Source of the DNA: Amoebophrya sp. A120
Lineage: Eukaryota > Protista > Dinoflagellata
NCBI GenBank assembly: GCA_905178155.1
Contig: CAJINV010000002.1
Span: forward strand, 1,504,677 to 1,568,676
Length of the DNA stretch: 64,000 nt
Direction: 5' to 3'
The notes beneath the pieces are model-generated. The model had not been told where the DNA came from and ran no database searches. It was given only the letters and a program-made list of their open reading frames with translations. Positions 12,216 to 22,600 of the stretch are shown piece after piece (position 1 is the stretch's first letter; each line of letters starts with the position of its first letter). The translations under genes and the position numbers were made by a program.

Positions 12216-13750
12216 TCACACCAACCTCCCCAAATCGAACCCGGTTGCGTTCTTAAACATCGCCCCGGCCACCCAACTCTGCATCTTGTCCTTCTGGTCC
12301 CGTATCAACTGCAAAAATATTTGGATCTGGAAACTTGTAATGCTGCGTTGGGACTAGTGAATGCTCTGTAATGCACAGGCAAGCACGAGAAATATCTGCG
12401 CGTCCTTGTGTTGCGTTTTTCGCATGACAAGCTGCGTTTTTGCATGACAGGCAAAAGGGTCTCTTCTTGGACACGCATCACAAACTTTGTTTTTGGTCAT
12501 GCCGGACAAGCATGACAAGTCTCGCAATCTTCCAGACCCAGACACTTTTGCATTTGATATCCCGGGAACACTTCCAAAACGCGACCAGATTGCTCCAGGC
12601 GAACACGTTGGCAACGACGAGGAAAACGACCCAACTGAGGTTCAGGGAGATCACGTTCAGGATGAGGAAAAGCGTCCAGATCAACGCCCAGCTATACCTG
12701 TTTTCATTTTTTCGTTTCGATAAGAGAGTAGTCGCAGTTTTGATCATTGGTTTTGCGCATGACAAAAGACCGCAGTCAAACCAAAGTCATTCAGCTTTAT
12801 GCATGACAAAGAGACCAAAAAAAAACATACGTTCCCAGCCAGAAGACGTTTTTGTCGAGCGGATCCAGCTGTGATTCGTCTTGCAAAGACTCGAAGATCC
12901 ATTCGTTGACCTCCTCACCCGTGGCTTCGTCGTCTTTTATGATGTTCCACCAGCGGAGACCTACTAGCTTTCGTCCGGTGACGTTCTTTACCTTTGAGAA
13001 GAAGTGCTTTGTCATGCAAAGTTGTCAAGCATTTATGGTACTTATTTGTCATGCGAACCAGGGTAAGATCATCTCACGCTCAAAACAACAACCAGCTATA
13101 CCGTCCAGAAGTCGAAAGCCAAAAATAGGATGCAGAAGATGTAGGTCAGCACTGTGTTGCTCCACAGGTAACCGCCGAAGAGGTAGGCGAAGAGGCTGTT
13201 ATTGATGTGATCACAAGTCAACTGAATTTGTATTGCGCAATCATCCTCAGAAACATCATTTCTCATGCGATGAAACACCTTAGAAGGGAAGTGAATCAAC
13301 AGCATCTACTCTTTTATACCACAGCATCTTGAAGAGCAGGTGAAAGCAGCACACGACCGGGTGCTTCGCGTTTTTTATGAACTCCGGTATGGCCTGCTGC
13401 AACGCCGTGGGTGGCGGCGCGGACCCAAACCCCGTCATCTCTTGCGCCCCGCCGGCGGGGACAACTGGGGTCATGGTGCCGGATAATGAACTCGGTGTTG
13501 ATACCCCGCCTCCGAGCGACCCCGCCATCGAAACCGTCCCGGTTGTACTTGCGGTGGAGATTTTCTCCTGGCTGAAAAAATTATCAAGCTCATTTCTGCT
13601 CGCTTGCGGCGCAGTTGTACTGGTGGAAGGGGCAGGAGTGCTGCTTATGTCCGCGAAAATGTCGTCTATTGAGTTCCCAGCCGGCTGCGGATTCGCCGAC
13701 ATCCGGGGCGGCTGGTAGTTTGAACCGGTGCTGTTACCCGTTTCGAACAT
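12216..13750 (-). CDS. TVP23: Golgi apparatus membrane protein TVP23/FAM18 family (~301 aa, 5 exons)
   Basis: Signature HPVVCCFHLLFK...[21 protein letters not shown]...WIFES. GT-AG introns 13196-13319, 12992-13101 and 12698-12830, plus introner 12303-12564. Spliced length 906 nt, ending TGA at 12216. Confidence 0.92.
12303..12559. mobile_element. Introner, family A
   Basis: TIR TATCAACTGCAAAAATATTTGGATCTGGAA / TTCCAGACCCAGACACTTTTGCATTTGATA; direct repeat TCCCG; removal gives WKCSR-DQKDK. Confidence 0.92.
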
Positions 13751-14657
13751 TGGGACGTGGTGCTTGGGTTCACGTAGTGCTCGTGGTTCTCGTGTCTTGG
13801 TCTCGTGGACGGAGCACAGCAAGTACTGTGAAACGACTACAGTTTGTCGCTGCAATCAATGCTGGTGAAACGATGGTTCCAAAAACGACAAGCAGCTCCT
13901 GTACGTGATGCGTTCAAAAACTCATCTTGTCTTGTTAAAAAATCTGGCTTAGGACAGGGTGAAGTTGCAGTCAGAAGTTTTGCTCGTGTTAAAAACAATG
14001 TGGAGTGGAAACTAACGCCGACAATCTGGTGCTGTATTCGTCAACGTCATGATGAAGCAACCACACCGACGGACATTGAGGACCCTACAAGCGTAAGGCA
14101 CGCTACATAGACAAATCTTCAAAAACGAAATTTGTCCACGAAGTACGGTAGCGGTGCAGCAGGGTGATGTAACCCGCTGTAGAACAGCGAGTCACTTTCG
14201 CGCAAACGAAAGTGGAGACAGCCCCTGCGCCGTTAAAAACGCATGGATCGCCGTTGTGTCAGTTCGAATCAATTGAAAGTGGTTTGCCTTTGTCTCGTCC
14301 CAAAAAAATGATTCAAAAGTGAGTATTCATCATGATCATCTGTGCCACGTCCAGTCAGGCTCGCAGGTAGGAAGAAAATGAAAAGCCGTAAAGGGTCCAC
14401 AGCCTTCCATATCTACATCGCAGTCGCACATAAACGGTTTATTTTCAAAGACTGCTTTTTGGCTTCCTTAAACCAACATTTTGTTCTGAAAAAATTCCTC
14501 GAAAGATGAAAATAACCACCATTTTAAATCTTTATTCTCGAGCATGATGTGCAGAAAGCCAACCCTGCTGTACGTCCGCTCAGCTCCACTATAGATGTCG
14601 TGCTACCAAGAGATGTTGAGAACAAACCGTCTAGAGCAGTTCGTTGTCATGCGGATT

Positions 14658-17130
14658 CTACATCACCACAATTTTCACCGTCCGTCCATTAATCTCCCCG
14701 CCGTCGAATTGGTGTTCCGCTTCATAGGCGTCTTTCGATTTTTCAAACACCACCCAACACAAATTCGCGTTTTCGTCAATTTCCGTCGTAACGACATCCC
14801 CAACTTCCTCAAACGCCCGCATAAGTTCCTCCTGCGACATGTTGGTCGGGCAGTTGTGAATCTGGATCATTTTCCCGAATCCCCGGTACTTCTCGACGGT
14901 TGTTGGGAGATGGCCCTTGTTGCCGTAAACCACAGTCTGGGCTTTCTTTTCGACTTGACCGTGGGAGGAGATCACATCCAAAGCGTTGATCTTGTTGCCA
15001 GCGGAACGACGGGCGGTAGAACTAGTGTTCTTGTTCCTACTGACCGGGTGCTGTCTCGAAGTGCTGCTGGATTCTACTCGGTTGTCAACGACCTCCGGTT
15101 GTTCCCAAGAATTGTCGGAATAACTTTGCTCGTCGTTGTTAAAACTCTGCTCAACGTTATACCGATTCTGGTTGTTCCAGGACCGGCTGCGGGAACGATT
15201 CCGAGTATTCGCTCTCGGCGGACCGGCTTCCCACGAGTCGTGCTCGTCGTGGTCTTTACCGCGTTTATTGCCTTTCTTCCCTTTTCCCTTCTTGCCCGAG
15301 GAAAATCCGCCTTTCCGCTCGTAAAAACCGACGTTCCAGTCCTCGTAGTCCATATTCAGCCGTGGAGTCCGGTAGTTTTCGACGTAAGGTTCTTCTCGTT
15401 CTTCTTCCTCATAGTTGTAAAAATCCTCGGGCTGTTCGTGATTTTTCCCACCATTATACCACGACTTTCCGTAACCACCTTTTTTCCCGTCGTACCAGTA
15501 ATCACCCTTTCCGTTCTTACCGTCTTTCTTGCCGTAATACGGCGCTACAACACCTCCGTCCTTCTTTCCAGAATAGGGGCCGTGGTTCTTGCTGTAGCCC
15601 TTTCCCTTTCCTTTGGAGTTGTACCAATCATCTTCCCATGCTTCTTGACCGCCTTTATTCCCCTTCCAGGAGCCGGAATGATCGACTGTGTAGGAGGTGT
15701 TGTAACTGTTGTGTTCTTCTTGGTAGCCGTTCTTCGAACTACCCTTCATCCACGGTTTTCCCTTCATCATGCCCTTCTCAAAAGCGGAATACGCAGAATA
15801 ATCGTCGTTGCCTTTCGAGGTGGTACTTTTTCCGCCGTAGGACTTGTCTTTGCTACCTTTCTTTCCCGTTGTGCCGTAGTAAGAAGCGGACCAATTATCT
15901 GCACCACCGTTATACCCGCCCTTGCTACCGCTTCCCTTCTCCTTCCCCTTCGCCCAAGATGGAGGCGTGTAGGTATACCAGGTGTTCCGACGGAGGACCA
16001 CTTTGTTCCCGGTAGAAGCACTGCTTTTTCCTTTCTTCCCTTTCGTACTATCGCCTTTCCCGCTTGTGCCGTCGCCAGACTTGCCTTTGCCCTGTTTTGT
16101 TGTTCGAGATATGAAATTATTCAATTTGCGACAAAAATCAAAATGTGAATGGGCTTGTGTGCTGCATTTGCGTCAAGTTCCGATCATTTCCAAGTTACGT
16201 CATGCAGGATCAAGGAAAAAACCATATCAATACCTTCCCGCCCTTCGCACTACCACCTTTAGGTTTCTTGATCGTCGCTCCTGCCTTTCGAACGAGGGTC
16301 GCCTTTTTCCGTCCTTTCAGAAATTTCACAACCGCGGCACGTGCAGCCAGTCTCGCCTTTCCGCCCTTAGACGCGCCCTTTTTCGTTGTAGCTCGTACGC
16401 GTTTCAACTTCTGTGCGAGTGTCCGCTTTTTCGACAAAGCTGACATCTTGCCGATAGTGGACGTGGGTTTCTTCTTCAGTACGAGAGTCCGCTTAATTGC
16501 AGGTCTAGTAGTTGTCGCTTGTTCTACTTTCGAAGACTGCTTTTTACCCTGCTGTTTTCCCTTGCCCTTCGCTGGTCTGGTACTACCGCCCTTGGTACTA
16601 GAGGAGGGCTTCTCTCCTTTCTTGTTGCCCTTCTTCCCCACAAGACCACCGGAAGTAGTAGATGCAGCTCCCTTTTTCCCCGTCTTCCCCTTCCCTTTGG
16701 TCTGAAACTTCGCGGCCAACAGCTTCTTTTTCGCCCCGAGCTTCTTCACCAGTGCGGCAACGGCGGCTTTCTTCAGAATGGTGCCCCGCTTCGTGGTTTT
16801 CAGCATTCTTTTTGCATTCGTCAGAGCCGATGTGGAACTACCGGTAGTGGTTTTTTTTTTCGCAGCTTTAGTTCCAGCCAGTTGTTTCTTGCCCTTAGAA
16901 GTAGTTGCGCCAGCCTTGGTTGAAATAGAAGATGAAGCACCTTTTATACTGCCGGTTCTTTTCGCTCCTTGTTTCCCTTTGCCCTTCATCTTGCTGTTTT
17001 TTCGAGGGCTGCCCGAAGCTGTGGTGGCGGTAGCGGTACTGCTGTTGGATTTGGTTTCGCGGGGTGGGAAGGAAGGTTTGGTCGGGTTTTTCGCTATCAG
17101 GTCGTCGAGACTGCTATCGAGTTTGCCCAT
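14658..17130 (-). CDS. ALYREF/THOC4/Yra1-like RNA-binding protein (~776 aa, 2 exons)
   Basis: N-terminal MGKLDSSLDDLIAK resembles the REF-N/UAP56-binding motif; C-terminal RRM (IQIHNCP...ELMRAFEEVGDV...VVFE...FDGGEINGRTVKI). GT-AG intron 16092-16233 joins the two ORFs in frame. Confidence 0.75.
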
Positions 17131-17759
17131 TTTCGAAATTTTTGTGAAAGGGTTGGGGTCGTGTGGTATCGTGCTTGTTATAGAAGTTGATCTTTCTAGT
17201 AAGAACTTTGCTGGGGAAAAAAGGTAAAAAAGAAAAAGGTTGTTTTTCAGTCAATTCGGTAGAGGTTCTAATATCTCCGCTCAACTAGAAACGGGAGCTA
17301 TCGCTATACGTATCGGTATTCACAATATGCTAAATATGCTGTGATACGTGCGCGTGCCTCTACAACAATATGTAACTTTGCGTACTGCGTCGGCCTGGAG
17401 CACAACAAGGAAAAATGAAAAGCAGTTGCGATCTTTAAAAAAAAGGCACAGAAAGAACATGTCGGAACTGGAGGTCTTGGTATTCTGGAGGTTTTCATGA
17501 TCAACAAAAGGAAAGTCATATCAGAACATGTTGCTGAACTGGAGAGAGATCACTACGGTTCGCATAATAATTCTGATGGCAAATATTATCTTCCAGGAGA
17601 AGGAGAAGCGTGTATGCGTCAGATGCAAGAATCCCTTCAGAGGTCTTGAGTAGGTGAGAAAGCACTCCATGCAGAGAAGTAAAAAAAGTAGTTCAAGTAA
17701 GTAGCCAGTAAAAGCGGTTCACAATGACGAACATACAGGAACATCTTTGCCCGGACCTC

Positions 17760-19350
17760 AGCTGGTTTTCCCGCTTTCCTTTGGAAAGCCATGAGAAACG
17801 AAAATATATAATGCCGCCCGCAGCGGAGCAACGGGCCACAGCCCGCAGAGAGAAACAGTTCAGAGGCGGCGCAGCCTTGCCGCGCCAACCCGCCCTTCTT
17901 TCGGCGCGGCCTCCAGACTGGCCGGGCGGTCGGACAGGCCCCGCACGCGGCGGGGGGCCTGGCGGTGTGCAATGATCCCCGGGAGCCGACACGGGCACAA
18001 ATGGGGCCGCGGACAAAAGGGCCGGGGCGGGTGCCCTCACCAGTCTGGCCAGGCGAAAAGACGAAGGCGGGCTCGGAAGCCCGCGCGCGCGCGCGCCGGA
18101 AGCAAACGGCCGGCCGCGCGGCCGCGAGCGGCGCGCCAAGGGCTCGCCTGGTTTCAAACGGGCCACGCAAGGGCCCGGCTTTTTCGACCTTCTGGCACGG
18201 CATCCGCCTCGGGGAGATTGGCGCGCTTCGGTTGTCTTGTGGGGTCTTGCGCCGGCGCTGCCGCTCCTTCCGGGTAATAGGCATTTTTTAAACAAAGCGC
18301 CAGCGTTATCGGGCCCTACATGCCCCGTTTTCCAGAACTACATCAAGCGAATTTACAGGCACTTGCGCTATCGGGCCCTACGCCGTTTCCCAAAACATTA
18401 CTCGAATTTGAAGGCGCTTGCGTTATCGCCTCCTACACTGTTTTCTAAAACATCAAAGAACTTTAATGAGGAAAAGGCAGCGACGATTCGTCCTGTCACA
18501 GATGTACTCAAACCGACCTTCGCTCCAACGCTTCATGCCTGTGCGACCTCAACCTAGCAGTACCCAACTCCAAATCGCTGTGAAAGACAAGACTAGCCGC
18601 TCAACTTGAAATCAACGACTCGACATAGCTTGAAACTTCACGAGAGGTCCAAAACATGAACAAACTTTTTCAGCGGAGGGGCAATTATCCGAAATAGCAA
18701 ACGCCCTGCCCAGAGACACAGAATTCAAGCGCGCCCTTAATGCGGCAATACGGCTGCACGATCGCAAGCACGAGCGAGGGGCCTCGCCAGGACCCCCGCA
18801 AGGTCGCAGCAGACGCAACACCCGCACAACAAGGGCCCGGCGCGAGTGCGCGACCGAAGCAAACGACAGCCGGAGCCCCTAACGGGGCGCGGCCCTTGCA
18901 AAGAAAGCAGCGAAGCAGCAGGCCCCGGCCAGATTGGCCGGCCGGGAGATGTGGCGCGACCAGCCCCGCGGCCTGCGAGCACCAGGCCAGGCAATCGCCT
19001 ACCTGACGCAAGTCACGGCCCCCGAGCGCGTGCGCGTCCGGGGATATTAAGCACATTACTGCCCCGCAGGGCCCCCCTGGGCTTCGCCGCCCTTCTTGTA
19101 TAGCTAGCCGGCGCAGGGTTCGGCGCTTCGGGACGGGAAACTTGTGCCAGCTGAACGCCGCTGCTCTGGTCCGGGGCGGGGGCCCACGCCGGAAGAAAAG
19201 CAGTATCGGGTGATTGGCGTGCTCAAGGTCAAGGGGCCGCGCGCCCTGCGATCGCGGCCCGCGCAGAGGGACGGCCATGTTCCGCAACGGCAAAGCGCCA
19301 CTGCTGGCCTTCCGGAGCAAAGCGCCGGCGCGCTGGCCGCTGCGCGCGGG
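17760..19350 (-). pseudogene. GC-shifted Ty3/gypsy-type pol relic (RT at ~18830-19300; connection/RNase H-like part at ~17760-18290)
   Basis: Ordered RT motifs LDLEHANHPI (LDLxxAYHQI), AAFSW (TAF), QEGRRSPGGPC (PQGLxxSPxxF), QVGDCLAW (YVDDxL), KGRAPLGAPAVVCFG (KCxFxxxxVxYLG). Confidence 0.65.
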
Positions 19351-19613
19351 CTCTCTCTTTCTTGTATTTCGTTCTCCTGTTAGTGTTGCTTTTTTCTCCC
19401 CAAGTACTGTTTCAACCACTCCCGGACTGACTTTCACTTTCTCGCTCTCCCCTCCCATCCTTCGCAAATTAAAACGAGCAGTCCAGCAATCAATATGAAC
19501 AAGAGCGAATAAAGGTCTTCAACGAGAAACGGATCGCGCAGATCGCTTCTGCGCCTTCTCCGAAAATAGTGCGCCAGAATGTCAATGCTTTTTCCCTCGA
19601 GGTCATAAAGGCC

Positions 19614-22600
19614 TCACGTCATTACCAGTTTCCTCTTCAACAGAGTCAGCAACGGCACCAGCGCCGGCAAAACCACGGGCAAATACACCGCAGTCGTGAA
19701 TTCCAAGCTGAAATACAGCTGCGGAACCATCTTTTCATCATGAACCGCTTCATCGAGCAGAAACAAAATTTGCCGAAGCAGTTGCAGTTCCTCGGACCAA
19801 GAACTGCTAGTGACATCAAACGGACTTGTTCTACTTGTGCTGTAGTTCATCTTCCCATCATGTTCTCTCCTCCCCGATGTTGTTGTAATTCTTCGCGCCA
19901 ACAACAACTCCATCTTCTTCCCCGCCAAAACCAGTTTCTGCATCACGTCCTCCGGAAGAACATTGCTGAACTCGTTCGCATTTTTCACTTGCTCCTGAAT
20001 CCGCTGCACGTAAATTTCCCTGCAAGCCCTGGTATCAAATGTAAAAATGTCTGGGTCTGGAAGAATGCAAGTTTGTCATGCTTGTCTGGCATGACTTTTT
20101 ATAACTCGAAACCGTCGGAGACAACAACGGGCCGAACTAGCGAACGTAGGTCGCCAGGCCGCGAATACCTGACAACCCATTCCCTTACCCCGCGGGATAA
20201 AGGTTTTGCCTCGACAACAGTAACGAGAAATAAAAGGGAGGGAAGGGCGGGAAAAAATTTCACTTGAGATTTGAACTGATTTGCTTTGGGTCGAGTTTTA
20301 GGTCTTCCCGGGACCACAACAACACTGACCGGTAGGGAGCGGGGTGTCTCTTTATAAAAATCCGCTTTGTGTTCCCGCGTCGGCTACCCGGGCCGCTTCG
20401 CTAGTCCCGTGCTGCCTCCTTATCACACAAGCCATAACTTTTATAACTCGAAACCGTCGGAGACAACAACGGGCCGAACTAGCGAACGTAGGTCGCCAGA
20501 CCGCGAATACCTGACAACCCCGATGACGGAGAAAGAGAGGCCCGTTGGTACGAGGGGGCGCAGACCCAGAAGTACAAAAAAAGAAAAAAAGAGAAGAAGG
20601 TGAAGAGAAAGCAAAATGCAACGCACCAGCTTCAGCTTGTTCCCAAAACACTCAACTGCCGAAAGCAAAAACGAATCGGGAGCCCAGGGCCCGACTCTTT
20701 GTTGTGACTGTGGACCCACTCGGACGTCGCGCCGTCAAGTGTGATCCCGCACCCCATGCCGCAGCACCGAGTGAGGGACCTCAGACACGAGACGGCTAAC
20801 CAGCAAGTGTGGTCACGCTCGCCCATGCCGCAGCACGGGACAACGGACCTGAGACACAAGATGGCGCGACGACGTCTGGAGGGCCGAAGTAGTCTGAAAG
20901 TGAAGCAAAGTAGCTGCTTCAAGGCAAAAGAAGACACAACAACCCGCGAGCAATTATGTGCTAGAATCTTCCGACGATGCGGCGTCATCGCTGACAAAAT
21001 CCGCAACGTCCGTAGCTTGCGTAAGTAGTCGGTCGAGACACAGGCCCCGCCAACGTGTTGTGTAAGTACTGCACTGAGGGATCGATGAAATCATCAATGA
21101 AACTCTAACTCACATGAGAAGCCACGGGAAAATGGCGAAACTAGTATGCTGGAACAACTTGTCCCGGAGTACTTGGCAAAAGTTGAGAAATTGTACTGGT
21201 GCAAGGACCGGCCCCAAAGGTACAGTCTGCGAAACCCCCGCCCTGGAAGGACTTATCGCGCATGGAGCTGCGCTAACGTTGCAACTGTGAAAGGCACTGC
21301 TCTTAATCAGAATGATTCACACTAGAAACAGGCTGAAAGGGGGCGGGGCAGCAGGCTGCGTAGAGAAACTTGACGCGTGAAGTTTGCAACTACGTGGTCG
21401 CGCCAAGCAATCGACCACGACCTTTGTGAACGTAAGTGAAGCTATGAGGGGGAGAATAATTGACAACCTTGTCGCTGGTACTGTTGAAGTTTTTGGGTTT
21501 GTAGCTGGATTTTAGGGCGCAGGCGTACTCTTGAAACTTGACTCAGCGTGGATTTCTGCGCCGCAGGGCGCGCTCGCGGAGACAGTTGCAGTTTAAAGGG
21601 ACTTGCGGCAGCTGGTCGCACACACAGGCGCACATTTGAAACCTGCCTCAGATTGGAGTGCTGCGCCGCAGGGCGCGCTCGCAGAGAAATTGCAATTTGA
21701 TGAGACTTGTGGCAGCAGGCCAAACGCGCAGGCGCACACTTGAAACTTGACTCAGATTGGAGCGCTGCGCCGCAGGGCGCGCTCGCGGAGACAATTGCAA
21801 TTTTATGAGACTTGTGGCAACAGGCCAAAAAAAGAATTGGAGTGCTGCGCCGCAGGGCTCGCTCGCAGAGAAATTGCAATTTGATGAGACTTGTGGCAGC
21901 AGGCCAAACGCGCAGGCGTACACTTGAAACTTGACTCAGATTGGAGTGCTGCGCCGCAGGGCGCGCTCGCGGAGACAATTGTAATTTTATGAGATTTGTG
22001 GCAACAGGCCAAAAAAAAATTTCACTTGAGATTTGAACTGATTTGCTTTGGGTCGAGTTTTAGGTCTTCCCGGGACCACAACAACACTGACCGGTAGGGA
22101 GCGGGGTGTCTCTTTATAAAAATCCGCTTTGTGTTCCCGCGTCGGCTACCCGGGCCGCTTCGCTAGTCCCGTGCTGCCTCCTTATCACACAAGCCATAAC
22201 CTTAAATCTGTCATGCACATTACCAAAGAGCCCCACTTTTCTGTCATGCAGAGTACTACGTTGAAATAGAGGACACAGACAAAAATTTGAAATTTTGCTA
22301 CTACGAGTTGACCAGTCGCGTAGCCGAGATTTAGGCTTTAGGATTTCGGAAGCGGGTAGCCACCGGAGATTTTGCCGCGGGTGGAAGCAGGAAGTTCTGG
22401 ACGCGGAAAACCGGGACTACTTCGAGCCGAACCTCGACGCTCAACGGGGCCTGGGGCCTCGGGCTACCGGCGTCCTGGACTGGATGCAGCGCCGCCGCTT
22501 CTTGCTTGTTCTTTTTGTTTTTAGCATGATGAACTAGCTAAACCTGCAGGCGCATTAGCTAGCTCCCCAAAATAGAGTAGTTCAATTTTATTCACCATGG

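Noticed and set aside
14595-16148. 517-aa plus-strand ORF
   Set aside because: Antisense shadow of the RRM-containing exon; no motif.
21510-22013. CRISPR-like array
   Set aside because: The sequences between motifs are themselves repeated, so there are no unique spacers; no cas genes; eukaryotic context.
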